Shown: positions 21,728-34,068, numbered from the stretch's first letter. The stretch: 64,000 bases of DNA from an uncultured Alphaproteobacteria bacterium (GCA_963731585.1 CAVSWC010000013.1:188003-252002); one strand, 5' to 3'. A program made the numbers and translations. Notes: generated by a model not told the origin, from the sequence alone.

Positions 21728-23000
21728 ATGCGCAGACGGATCGACCCGAAAATTCCGTCCAGCCGCGAGATCGACGCCATACCGACGACGCATTCCCGAG
21801 CGCGTCAGCCGAAAGAGGACGCAGGCCTGCGCGGTCCGGCCAAGCGCCAGATCGCCGCGATCGAAGTGCTCCCCACGCCCGCCCAGCGGGTCGCCTCGGT
21901 CGACGCGCTGCGCGGCTTCAGCATGTTCGCCATTCTCGGTACCGACAGTTCTCGCCAAGGCGATTGAGCAAATGCTGGCCAATGCCGGCTGGTTTCTGGC
22001 CGCGCTCGGCGCGATCATCGGTACCCAATTCACCCATGCCGAGTGGCATGGCGCCTATTTCTACGATCTGGTGTTTCCACTTTTCATTTTCGTGACGGGC
22101 GTCGCGATCGTGTTCTCGCTGCCGAAACTGCTGGAGCAGGAGGGCAGATGGGCCGCGCATAAGCGGGTGCTGCGGCGTTCCGTGGTGCTCTTCGTGCTCG
22201 GCGTGATCTGCTATGGCGGCGTGGCAAACGGTTGGAGCGAGATGCGGCTCGGCGGTGTGCTGCAGCGTATTGCGCTTTGCTACCTGGTCGCTTCGCTCCT
22301 GTTCCTGAACGTATCGCTGCGCGGCATGGTCGCGAGTTTTGCCGCGCTGCTGATCGGCTACTGGGCGCTGATGACCTTTGTGCCGGTACCCGGCATCGGC
22401 GCCGGCTCCTTCGCTCCAGGCGCCAATCTCGCCAACTGGATCGACGCGCATTACCTGCCCGGCCGTAAATGGGAAGGCAGCTGGGATCCCGAAGGCATTC
22501 TCACGACGCTGCCGGCGATCGGCACCTGCCTGCTCGGGGTCTTCGCCGGGCTGCTGCTGAAAAATCCACAGCTCGAAGCGCGGCAAAAGTCGCTCTGGCT
22601 AACCTATGCCGGGCTTGCGCTGCTCGCTGCCGGCCTGCTCTGGAGCGTGCAATTCCCCATCAATAAATATCTTTGGACCTCGTCCTTCGTGCTCGTCGCC
22701 GGCGGCTTTGCCGCGATCATGCTTGGCGCCTTGCATGAGATCATCGACGTGCGCGGCTACAAGGCCTGGGCGAGCGCTTTCATGTGGGTCGGCGCCAGCG
22801 CGATCCTGCTCTATGTGTTCAACGTCATGTTCGGATTCCATCTCATTGCACAGCGCCTGGTAGGCGGCGACGTGGAGCGGCTGGCCGATCGGCTGGTCTC
22901 GCCCGGCGCCGGACGTTTCTTGGTCACCCTCGTCGCGCTGTTGATCGCTCTGGCTGCCGCCCGCTTCCTGTACCGCCGCAAGATTTTCCTGCGCCTGTGA
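21728..23000 (+). pseudogene. Acyltransferase-3/DUF5009 (heparan-alpha-glucosaminide N-acetyltransferase-like) membrane protein (one frame shift; start uncertain)
   Basis: VDALRGFSMFAILG is in one frame. After a shift near 21945 comes a multi-TM body with FYDLVFPLFIFVTGVA, GVLQRIALCYL and DPEGILTTLPAI. Confidence 0.75.
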
Positions 23001-23059
23001 GGGCACGGTATTGCGGTAGCTGACGGCCTTGCTGGTGGTTCAGTCGAAAGGGCGATCCG

Positions 23060-23485
23060 TCACGCCGCATCGTCGGGATTAAGTCCGTGTTTGGCGCAGA
23101 GGTTGCGCACGATCCGCATATCTTTGCCGCCGGCAATGGCGCCGACTACCGACGACACGATTTGGCCGTTGGAAATTTGCACCCGCACGAGGTAAGGCTG
23201 CAGCCCGTTATAGGGCGGGTGCGGGCTTTTCGCGCTCACCGCCGCGCAATAATGCGCCTGGCCGTTGACGGCAGTGTTGGCCGGAAGCGGCGCCCAGAGA
23301 TACTTCGCCTTTTCCGGCTCGCGTATGTGCTCGAGCACGGAATCCGCAATCACTCTCTTCTCATCGGCGGTGAGTTCCCGCGCCGCGCTGGTGCTGACGG
23401 TGCTGACGGTGTAGGAGGCGCCCGATGCCGTGCAGGCCGACAACACGAAGGCCGCGCCCGCGGCGAATAAAGGGTTCTTGTTCAT
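23060..23485 (-). CDS. Hypothetical lipoprotein
   Basis: 141-aa ORF with lipobox MNKNPLFAAGAAFVLSAC. Confidence 0.6.
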   Translation of the reverse strand: MNKNPLFAAGAAFVLSACTASGASYTVSTVSTSAARELTADEKRVIADSVLEHIREPEKAKYLWAPLPANTAVNGQAHYCAAVSAKSPHPPYNGLQPYLVRVQISNGQIVSSVVGAIAGGKDMRIVRNLCAKHGLNPDDAA

Positions 23486-23690
23486 GGCAACTTACTTTTC
23501 TGGCCCGGCGAATCATTTCGCTTTCTGTCACAGCTGGTGGTTCAGGCGTCAAGCGCTGTGGGCTTGAGTTGATCTACCGCGTCTTCGACGCAAGCGCGCG
23601 ATCAGCAAAAATGGGTACTGGTTTACGAAAAGCAATCAAGCTTGCGCAGATTGCGCAAACTTATCCGCGGTTCGCGCGCTAAAGCCCCCA

Positions 23691-23730
23691 CCTTACCCTC
23701 CCCCGCAAGCGGGGGAGGGTAAGGGAGGGG
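23691..23730. repeat. Family A-like palindromic hairpin (single module)
   Basis: CCTTACCCTCCCCCGC-AA-GCGGGGGAGGGTAAGG, followed by GAGGGG. Confidence 0.7.
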
Positions 23731-23781
23731 AAATCGGCGAACCGGCTCCCAGTTCGCCGGATCATACGCTATGCTCGCAGG

Positions 23782-24738
23782 ATGCTGGCTACGATTCGCC
23801 GCCTGGCTTTTTCAGCCGCCGCTTTGCTTCTGGCGGCAAGTCTCCCCTGTCTGGCCCAGAACGCCGACGACGTCGCCGTCATCCAGGCGCGTGCACTCGA
23901 TCTGGTGAACCAATCGCGCGAAGAGCATGGCCTGCCGCCGCTTGCGCTGGAAGACAAGCTGAACACAGCTGCGCAGGCGCATGCGGACGACATGTTTACC
24001 CGTCGCTACTACGGCCACGCCTCGCCGGAGGGACTTACTGCGGCCGACCGCTATGTGACGGCCGGCGGCAGCAGGTGGCGGCTGATCGCCGAGAACATCG
24101 CACAGTGCTCCGGCTGCCGGCCGCCCGCGCGCGTCGGCGCGCTGCGGCGGCTGCACGCGAGTTGGCTGGAAAGTCCGGGCCATCGCAGGAACATCTTGCG
24201 CGAAGGCATTACCCATTTCGGGTTTGGGATGGTGGTGGATGCGGAACGGCAGCTTTATGCGGTGCAGACCTTCGCCGGCCCGGGCCGGCCGCGCAGTTTG
24301 CAGCCGGATGAAGCGCAAGCGCCGCTCTCGGCTGAGGAGCAGGCACGGCAGGTGTTGCATCGGTTCAACCAAGCGCGCGAGCAATCGGGCAGCACGCCAC
24401 TGGGATTCAGTCCCGCTCTTACCGATGCGGCGCAGACCATCCTGCCGGACCATGGGCTGGAGCAGTTCGATCTCGCCAGCCGCGAAGATCTGCTTGACGT
24501 CTTGCCGCCCGCCGAACGCACGCGCTGGCGCTTGATCACGGTGTTCTCGGCTGATTGCGGCGCATGCGGCACCATCCCCACCGCCGCCGACCTGCGCTTC
24601 TTCGCGCAGCAGTGGCTGGACGATCCGAGCTACCGGCAGGCGGTGCTCGATACTTCCGTCACGCATGTGGGGTTTGCCATCGCCACCAACGGGGAGGGCA
24701 TGAAGGTCGCGCTCGCCGTGCTGGCGCGGGCGATGTGA
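23782..24738 (+). CDS. Secreted CAP/SCP domain protein (two CAP-like halves)
   Basis: Signal peptide, then HGLPPLALEDKLNTAAQAHADDM, GHASP, ENIA and WLESPGHRRNIL. Confidence 0.8.
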   Translation: MLATIRRLAFSAAALLLAASLPCLAQNADDVAVIQARALDLVNQSREEHGLPPLALEDKLNTAAQAHADDMFTRRYYGHASPEGLTAADRYVTAGGSRWRLIAENIAQCSGCRPPARVGALRRLHASWLESPGHRRNILREGITHFGFGMVVDAERQLYAVQTFAGPGRPRSLQPDEAQAPLSAEEQARQVLHRFNQAREQSGSTPLGFSPALTDAAQTILPDHGLEQFDLASREDLLDVLPPAERTRWRLITVFSADCGACGTIPTAADLRFFAQQWLDDPSYRQAVLDTSVTHVGFAIATNGEGMKVALAVLARAM

Positions 24739-24751
24739 GGAGTGAGGCTGC

Positions 24752-24997
24752 TCAGTCCTTGTCCTTGACAGTCGTAGAGGGACGATCATTGCCGCGCGCG
24801 GTTTCCGTGTGCCACTCGCCTTTGGCGTCCTCGAATTCGATCTCTTCCGTCTCGCCGGGTGTTCTCTGCTCTTCGGCTGCGATCTGTGCCGCCTTCAGCG
24901 CCGCGGCATGCGTGGGGAAGGTTTCGGAGAAAACATCACCGACCTTGTAGGCCCAGCCGCCATCATGCTCGACGATTTCATACGTGACATCAGACAT
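24752..24997 (-). CDS. DUF2188-like small protein
   Basis: 81-aa ORF reading MSDVTYEIVEHDGGWAYKVGDVFSETFPTHAAALKAAQIAA. Confidence 0.65.
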   Translation of the reverse strand: MSDVTYEIVEHDGGWAYKVGDVFSETFPTHAAALKAAQIAAEEQRTPGETEEIEFEDAKGEWHTETARGNDRPSTTVKDKD

Positions 24998-25148
24998 GGG
25001 AATCCTCTCTGACCGGCTGTGGTTGCAGCGTGGCTAGTGTAACATTTCGGCAAAGCGAAGGCAGGCAATAGCGGCATGCATTAAAGCCCCGCCGCTTGGC
25101 CCGTTTCATGCCTGCTCGGCGGCGGATACATGCGCGCGGAGCACGGAT

Positions 25149-26124
25149 CTACATCTGGAATCCGGTTGCCTTCACGATCGCCGTCCATTTCTTCGCTTCG
25201 TCTGCGAGCAGCGCCTTCAGCTCCGCCGGCGAGAGCGCCTTCGGCTCAAAGCCGATCTTCGCGATGTTTTGGGCCAGCTCCGGCGCCTTGAGGATTTCGC
25301 TGACTTCAGCGTTGAGCCTGCTGACGATGGCGGCTGGCAGATCGGCGCGGCCGAAAATGCCGTAATAGGTCGTCGATGACCACGCTCGGATAACCGCTTT
25401 CGGCCATGGTCGGAATCTCGGGCATGTCGGGAGCGCGCGTTGTCCCGGTATAGCCGATGATCCGCAGCTGGCCTGCGCGGTGCAGCGGCAGCAGCGTCGA
25501 GGCGTTACCGATATTCATCTGAATGCGCCCGCCCAACAGGTCGGGCACCGCCTGCGCGCCGCCCTTGTAAGGCACGTTGGTGATATCGATCCCGGCCGCC
25601 GACTTGAACATCTCGCCCACCAGCTGCGGCAAGGTCCCCTGGCCGAAGCCGAAGTTGAGCTTGCCGGGATTGGCTTTGGCGTGAGCGACAAATTCCTGCA
25701 CCGTTTTTGCCGGCACGTCGTTTCCGATCACGATGACGTTCGACGCCGCTCCCACCGTTGCGATCGGCACGAAATCCTTCAGCGGATCGTAGGTCGGCGT
25801 CGTGCTGACGACCGGAGCGATCAGATGGGTGGGGCTGTTGGAGAACAACAGCGTGTGGCCGTCCGGCTCGGCGCCGATCACGGCGTTGACGCCGACGGTC
25901 GTGCCGCCGCCCGGCCGATTGTCGATGATGACGGGCTGTCCGAGACGCGCCGATAGCTGCGGCGCGATCAGCCGGGCGAGCACGTCATTGGGCGAACCGG
26001 CCGTGTAGGGCAGGATCAGCTTGACCGGCTGGCTGGGATAGGATTGCGCCTGCCCGGGCGGGGGCATCCCGCAGGCGACACAGACGGCGGCAATCGCAAC
26101 CAGCAAACTCCGCATTGCGCTCAT
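25149..26124 (-). pseudogene. Bug/TctC-family periplasmic solute receptor, second copy (one frame shift as sequenced)
   Basis: GGAGGAG RBS. MSAMRSLLVAIAAVCVAC, then YPSQPVKLILPYTAGSPNDVLARLIAPQLSARLGQPVIIDNRPGGGTTVG. The C-terminal YYGIFGRADLPAAIVSRLNAEVSEILKAPELAQNIAKIGFEP is in another frame (shift near 25375). Confidence 0.8.
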
Positions 26125-26201
26125 CGTCTCCTCCGCACAAAGCTTCCGCGATTGTCTCGCTCGCCGGTAATTCGAAAACACGATAGTGTAATCGCCAACT
26201 G

Positions 26202-27017
26202 TTGAAACGGGAAAGTATTGCGGTGATCCGTATCGCCATTCTTGCCTGCCTTTTCAGCTTCAGCCTCGGCGCCGCGGCTGCCTCCGATGACATGGTGCGG
26301 CTGGCCGGCGGCACCTTCACGATGGGCAGCGACGCGCGGGCTGACGGACGAGCGGCCGCCGCACAGCGTGACGCTGAGAGCCTTTTCGATCGACCGCCGC
26401 GCCGGTGACCAATGCGGAGTTCGCCGCCTTCCTGAACAAGCTCGGCGCCACCGCCAATGCGCGCGGCCAGCATCTGTTCGACTTCGACGACTCGCGACGC
26501 GCGCATCCACAAAGTGCAGGGCCGTTGGCGCGCCGATCCCGGCTTCGACAATCATCCGGCCAACGAGATGAGCTGGTATGGCGCGCGCGACTATTGCGCG
26601 GCGCTCGGCAAGCGGCTGCCGAGCGAGGCCGAGCGCGAATTCGCCGCGCGCGGCGCGCAGGGGCGCACCTATCCCTGGGGCGAGGCGCCGCCGGACGCCA
26701 GCCGCGCGCGCTACGGCATCGGCTGGACCAAGACCGTGCCGGTCGGCTCCTTCCCGCAAGGCGCGACGCCCGAAGGCGTGCTCGATCTCGCCGGCAATGT
26801 GCATGAATGGACCGCCAGCATCATGCGGCCTTATCCCTATCGCGCCGACGACGGGCGCGAGGAAGGCGATGCGTTCGCCGATCGCGTGGTGCGCGGCGGC
26901 GCGGCCGATACCGGGCCCGACACCTTGCGCGCCAGCTGGCGCGGGGCGAGCGTCTCGCGCGGCGCGCGGGCCGGCCATCACAATATCGGCTTTCGCTGCG
27001 TAAAGGATGCCGAATAG
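26202..27017 (+). pseudogene. Formylglycine-generating-enzyme (SUMF1/FGE-sulfatase) family protein, three frame shifts
   Basis: Consecutive family motifs lie in four successive frames: MVRLAGGTFTMGSD, TDERPPHSVTLRAFSIDR, TNAEFAAFLNKLG, then NHPANEMSWYGARDYCAALGKRLPSEAEREFAARG...GNVHEWT...RVVRGGA...HNIGFRCV. Confidence 0.75.
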
Positions 27018-27042
27018 CGGCAGCGCCGGACTGAAACACCGC

Positions 27043-27120
27043 TCATTCCCGCGCATGCGGGAAATCCAGGTTGCTGGTTTCAGTGCTTGCAGCTCTGGAC
27101 CCCCGCTTTAGCGGGGGTGA
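27043..27120. repeat. Intergenic REP-like hairpins
   Basis: ATTCCCGC-GCAT-GCGGGAAAT and ACCCCCGC-TTTA-GCGGGGGT. Confidence 0.5.
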
Positions 27121-27198
27121 GCGGCAGACATAACCCGCTGCAAAGCGCGCGCGCCTGCCCTATATTCCCGAAAACCACGCCGCAGGAGGAAGCCCGCG

Positions 27199-27465
27199 AT
27201 GTGCCGCAATATCCGCACGCTGTTCAATTTCGCGCCGCCGGCGACGGAAGACGAGATCCGCGCCTCCGCGCTGCAATTCGTGCGCAAGCTGTCCGGCTTC
27301 AACAAGCCCTCGCAAGCCAATGCCGAGGCGTTCGACCGCGCGGTCGAGGAAGTATCGGCCGCCGCGCGCCGGCTGCTGCAGTCGCTGGCGACCAGCGCGC
27401 CGCCGCGCGACCGCGAGGTGGAAGCCGAGAAGGCCCGCGCCCGTTCGCGCGAACGTTTTGCTTGA
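27199..27465 (+). CDS. DUF2277-like small protein
   Basis: 88-aa ORF reading MCRNIRTLFNFAPPATEDEIRASALQFVRKLSGFNKPSQANAEAFDRAV. Confidence 0.65.
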   Translation: MCRNIRTLFNFAPPATEDEIRASALQFVRKLSGFNKPSQANAEAFDRAVEEVSAAARRLLQSLATSAPPRDREVEAEKARARSRERFA

Positions 27466-27594
27466 AGGCGCCGGACGCATGGAACTTTCGCGGCGTTGCA
27501 GCATTGTTGTTAAACACCCAAGCGATGACTCCAACAATTGCCTGACAATTAACGCGGCCAGCCCGACGCGCGAAGGGCTATAGGAGATAACATC

Positions 27595-28032
27595 ATGCGT
27601 TCATCCGGATTTCGTACAGCTTTCGTCGCTCTGATTGCCCTCGCGGGCGCCAGTCTGTCGTCCGCGGCTTATGCCGATACCGGCAGCGTTCGGCTTTCGG
27701 TCGTCAAGGCCGGCTGGTTCCTCGGCGCTTCCGGCGGCAGCGGCACGCTGGTGTTCAAGGGAAAGCAATACCCGCTGTCGATTGGCGGCGTGAGCGGGGG
27801 CCTGGTGTTCGGCGCTTCGGCGACCGATCTTTCCGGCCGGGTCAGCAACATCCGCAGGCCGTCGGACGTCGCCGGCGTCTACGGCGCGGTCGGCGCGGGC
27901 GCTGCGGTCGGCGGCGGAGCTCGGGCGATCACGCTGCGCAACGAGAAGGGCGCGCTCTTGCAGTTGCAGGGCCGGCAGGCCGGACTGATGGTCAATGTCG
28001 ACGTGAGCGGAATGGCGATCTCGATGCGGTAA
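27595..28032 (+). CDS. Secreted glycine-rich hypothetical protein
   Basis: Signal peptide MRSSGFRTAFVALIALAGASLSSAAYA, then Gly-rich beta-like repeats. Confidence 0.6.
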   Translation: MRSSGFRTAFVALIALAGASLSSAAYADTGSVRLSVVKAGWFLGASGGSGTLVFKGKQYPLSIGGVSGGLVFGASATDLSGRVSNIRRPSDVAGVYGAVGAGAAVGGGARAITLRNEKGALLQLQGRQAGLMVNVDVSGMAISMR

Positions 28033-28069
28033 GCGCGTAGGGCGCGGGTGCCATCTGGAAGGACGCGTC

Positions 28070-28453
28070 ATGCGCCTGACCCTAGCCCTTGGCATCATCG
28101 CCGCGGCGCTCGTCTGCGGCGCGCCGGCGGCGGCGCAGCTGCAGCAGGAGATCGACATGCGGCTGCGCTCCGCGGGCTTCAAGGTCCGCCCCGCGGCGAC
28201 GGCGCAGGAGATCGATCTGCTCCGGCGCGCGCCGGCGCGCGTGATGCTGTCGCGCACCGAGCAGGGCCGGCGTTACTACGTCTTGGCCGATCCCGATTTC
28301 TGCAAATGCGTCTACGCCGGTGATGAGCAGGCGCTGCGGACATACCGGGACACCAGCATGAGCCCGAGCCCGCCGCCGCCGGCCGCGGAGATGGCGATCC
28401 GCGAGCTGGACGCCGCGCTCGGACAGACCGCCCTGTTCGGCCCGCCGTTTTAG
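28070..28453 (+). CDS. Secreted hypothetical protein
   Basis: Signal peptide MRLTLALGIIAAALVCGAPAAAQ. 127-aa ORF with no recognised domain. Confidence 0.5.
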   Translation: MRLTLALGIIAAALVCGAPAAAQLQQEIDMRLRSAGFKVRPAATAQEIDLLRRAPARVMLSRTEQGRRYYVLADPDFCKCVYAGDEQALRTYRDTSMSPSPPPPAAEMAIRELDAALGQTALFGPPF

Positions 28454-28616
28454 CTGCACGCGCCTCGCGCGGAGGCTTTGCGGATTCGATTGTCAAACAG
28501 CCAAGTGTTTCTTCTCTCGTCTGCCCGCCTTGTGGGGCAGCGGTAGGGACGAGTGCCTTCTCGTCGCGATGGCCGGCGTCCGGGGTGACGAGCGATACCG
28601 TAATCTAACCTCTCTT

Positions 28617-28760
28617 CCTCATGGTGAGGAGCATCGCATAGCGATGCGTCTCGAACCATGCAGGCCCGAGCCCGCTGCCCATCCTTCGAGACGCGGCTTC
28701 GCGCTCCTCAGGATGAGGTGGAGGTTGCTTGCGCGCTCACAATGTCAAACAGCCAAGCGT
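28617..28760. repeat. Family B composite repeat (CATCCTTCGAGACG...CTCCTCAGGATGAGG palindrome plus TGTCAAACAGCCAAG tail)
   Basis: Near-colinear with 54041-54203. Both share CCTCATGGTGAGGAG, GTCTCGAACCATGCAGGCCCGAG, CCCATCCTTCGAGACG, GGATGAGGTGGA and TGTCAA(A)CAGCCAA. Confidence 0.85.
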
Positions 28761-29364
28761 CATCGGCCCGTGTTTTGTCAGGCGGCGGGTGCGCCTGTCT
28801 TTCTTCCCGAGGGGGCCCGGGAGTTGCCCCGAAAAATATCCGAGGGAGCGGAGCGCCGAAAGGCGCGTCAACAATTCCACGCTTGCGAGGCGCGGCGCGT
28901 GTCGTGCGAGACACGCTCGCCTCTCGGCGCTCCACCGCGGCGGTTTTTGCCGTCGGGACTGCTCCGTCCGACACCCGGACCGGCCTTTCGGCCTGATCCC
29001 GCAGGCTTCCGCCTGCGTTCGTCCGGGAGCGTCTGCCACGCGGCGGGCCCTCGTAGTAGGGCCGGGCAGCAACCCCGAGGCTCCCGGAGATGGCTTGCGA
29101 AACCATCCGCAGGCGCCGCACCCGCTCCGCCAATCAAGACGCCTCATGATGGCGCCCCCGGATGAGCAGGCAGCAACAGGATACAGAACTCCTCTGGGAA
29201 AACAGCCGGCGTGCACGGGATATCCCAGGATAAGTGCAAGAGCTTGTTTGTGTTCGGAAAAACCTGTTGATAGCGTGGGATAACAGCGCCCGTGGCGGAA
29301 AAGGCCAAGCGCGCGGTCATGCCCCAAAGCCCAGCCAGGCATGACGACGGAGAGAGCATCCGCC

Positions 29365-29422
29365 GCCATCCTTCGAGACGCCCGCTTGCGCCGATGCGCA
29401 TGCGGCCTCGTCAGGATGAGGG
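29365..29422. repeat. Family B palindromic repeat
   Basis: GCCATCCTTCGAGACGCCCGC...GCGGCCTCGTCAGGATGAGGG. Confidence 0.8.
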
Positions 29423-29449
29423 AGTGTTACACCGCCGCCTCGGGCCAAC

Positions 29450-30212
29450 CTACGGCGCCTGCATCCCGTTCGCCTTCATGACGGCTCCGGCCGCTGGTGT
29501 GGTCACATGCTGGATGAATGCCTTCGCCGCTTCCGGCTCCTTGGCCTTGGCGCCGACCGCGGCTACGAACACCAGGTTCTGGTCGAATTGCGCGGGCACG
29601 GGACCGGCATAGTCGAGGCCCGGCACGCCAACCAGAAGATTGCTGACGAACAGCGCGAGCTCGGCCTCGCCCTTGGCCACCGCCTGCGGGACATCCGTCG
29701 GCGCGTTCTGCGGCTTGATCTTGGCCTGCATCTCCTCGGCGATGCCGAGGCGGTCGAACACGGCAAGGAAATGCTTGCCGTTGATGCTGTCCGGCAGGAT
29801 GGCGACGGACTTCGCCTTGATCAGCGTTTGCTTGAACGCCTCCGGCGTTGAGATGTCGGGCTTGGGCGCGCCGGCGCGCACGGCGGCGCCGAGACCGACG
29901 CTGCCAATGGGCGGGCGCGCGCCCGGCGCAAAATGTTGCTGGTTGGCCGGATCCTTCATTGGCGCGTCGATCATCACGACGACATCGAACGCCGCGCCCT
30001 CCTGGATCTTTTTCATCACCTGCGGCGTCGCCGCGTATTCCGCCGTGACCTTGTGACCGGTCGCCTGCTCGAACTGCGGGATCAGCTCCTTGAAGGCGCC
30101 GGTCTGGGCGCCGGTCGCCAGCACTTTCAGTTCAGCGGCCTGCACGCCGGCACGCGAGAAGAAGAACCGATGCAAGAATTGCCGCAGCCGCGGCCCGCGA
30201 AGCTGTGCGCAT
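29450..30212 (-). pseudogene. ModA-like (molybdate/tungstate-type) periplasmic substrate-binding protein (one frame shift in the signal-peptide region)
   Basis: MRTASRAAAAAILASVLLLA is in one frame. The next frame reads AGVQAAELKVLATGAQTGAFKELIPQFEQATGHKVTAEYAATPQVMKKIQEGAAFDVVV, with the shift near 30140. Confidence 0.7.
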
Positions 30213-30352
30213 GGAAGCCCCCTGATCTGAAGATGAACTAACTCGCAACCGCGCGGGGCGCCGGGGCGGTTCGATCCTAGCGGGCGCGCCGTCCTGCGGC
30301 AAACGAGGAAACCCGGCCGATTTCGGGCTTGTGCGCCGCAGCCCTGTCGCAC

Positions 30353-32563
<2,211 letters not shown>

Positions 32564-33015
32564 TTGCCCGCCAGGGCTTCGGCGTGTTGGGAAAGTTCCG
32601 CGCCAGATGCTTGCCGGTGACATTGCCGTTGTCGACCGGCTGGATCGGGCGGCCTTGGTATTCCTCCACGCCGCCGCGCTCCTTCACCCATGCGATGCGC
32701 GTGCGCGGCAGGCCGCGCTCCACGTCGATGACGGCGTCCGGGTCGGTATACGGCCCGGTGGTGTCATAGACCGGCAGCGGCGGCTCGTTCGGATCCGAGA
32801 CGGCGATCTCGCGCAGCGGCACGCGCAGGTCGGGCGCGGCCTCCGGCACGGAATAGATTTTCCGCGAGGCGGGCAGCGGGCCGGTGGTGACCTTCGGCGT
32901 CTCGAATTCGGCGGCGGGGATCGGCTTGTTCATGGCACTCTCCAGTCTTTCATCCTCATGCTGAGGACGCGCCTTTTCGCGCGAGCGACGCGTCTCCGAA
33001 GCACGAGGCCCGATC

Positions 33016-33057
33016 GCCATCCTTCGAGACGCCGCTACGCGGCTCCTCAGGATGAGG
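33016..33057. repeat. Family B palindromic repeat in the thiC leader
   Basis: GCCATCCTTCGAGACGCCGCTACGCGGCTCCTCAGGATGAGG, lying between the riboswitch aptamer and the thiC ATG. Confidence 0.8.
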
Positions 33058-33097
33058 ACGGAATAATGGGCAGCCGAAGGAAGGGGATAACGACGTG

Positions 33098-33212
33098 TCC
33101 TGTCCCTTCGCCGGCATGACCCGGATCAGGTTCGAAGGGTCACCGCGCTGCCTGTTGCGCCCGCAATGGGCCAGGCCGTCGGTATCTCAGCCTCCTGCGA
33201 GGCACCCCTGGG
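33098..33212 (-). promoter_or_regulatory. TPP (THI-box) riboswitch
   Basis: The minus strand reads CAGGGGTGCC...GGCTGAGATACCG...ACCCTTCGAACCTGATCCGGGTCATGCCGGCGAAGGGACAGG. This matches the conserved GGGGTGC / CTGAGA / ACCTGATCNGG-NTNATGCC-GCG-AGGGA cores, upstream of thiC. Confidence 0.88.
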
Positions 33213-33431
33213 AACGGGGCTAATGTAGTCCCGTGGCGGGGGGTGTCAACGCAAGTTCTCCGTGCACGGCTCGGTTTCGTCGGCGGGCTTGCGTATCCCG
33301 GGCGCGGCGCAGCATGTCAATGCTGCGACGCAGACCCGGGACCGTTCCAATCCGTGGTGGTCCCGGATCAGCGGTGCACCGTTACACGCTGCACCGCATC
33401 CGGGACACGCGTGCCGCGCATCGCTGCGACG

Positions 33432-34068
33432 TCAACGCGCCGTGTCAGGAGAAAAAATGAACCGCACCAGGTCGCGGTAAAGCAGGACGTGCCGCGGCAG
33501 GATGGTGGGGTCGGTGAGCAGACGGCCCATGACAAGGCCGCCTTCCACCAGCGCCAGCGCCATATCGGCGAGCGACTCGAGGTCGACCTCCTGCTTCGGC
33601 GGATATTTCTGCGCGATCAGATCCAGTCTTTCCCGGAAGCGCCGGCGCCACTGCAGCACGCTCTGCCGTGTTGAGCTCGCGCACCTCGCGGTCGAACAGC
33701 TGATCCGAGTATGCGAAGGAGGCGGCGAGGCAGCCGGGATAATTCGCCGGCAGGTTCGACATCAGCTCGGCAAAGAGACGCAGGCCGACCAGGAAGCCGT
33801 GCAGCGGGTCTTCGTTGAGCTCGTCGCCGCGGCGGAAGATATCGTCGACCAGCACCTTATCCTGGTCGAGGTAGCGCAGGATCAGCGCCTTGGCGAGCGC
33901 GTTCTTGTCCTTGAAGTGATAGAAGAAGCCGCTCTTGCTGATGCCGGCCGCGACGATCAGCTCCTCGATCGAGGTGGCGGCGAAGCCTTTCGCCATGACG
34001 GCGGCTTCCGCCAGCGCCAGCAGGCGCTCTTTGGTCTCGTTCGGGCGCTTGGGCGAGCGTTCGAGCAT
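33432..34068 (-). pseudogene. TetR/AcrR-family transcriptional regulator (one frame shift as sequenced)
   Basis: [59 protein letters not shown] is the HTH region. The C-terminal WRRRFRERLDLIAQKYPPKQEVDLESLADMALALVEGGLVMGRLL is in another frame (shift near 33665). Confidence 0.8.

Noticed and set aside
23812-24789. 325-aa minus-strand ORF
   Set aside because: It is antisense to the CAP-domain gene. The long ORFs at 42694-43761, 47787-48866, 58890-59849 and 60641-62203 are rejected for the same reason: each mirrors a recognisable gene on the other strand.
28789-29330. Possible RNase P RNA, tmRNA, cobalamin riboswitch or ORF-less group II intron (a GTGCG occurs at 28789)
   Set aside because: I looked on both strands for the conserved cores: GGAAAGTCCGGGC and ACAGAACCCGGCTTA for RNase P, a T-arm/CCA end and an ANDN-tag ORF for tmRNA, the B12 box, and a domain V hairpin. 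None was present. The region is kept only as an unexplained structured segment.
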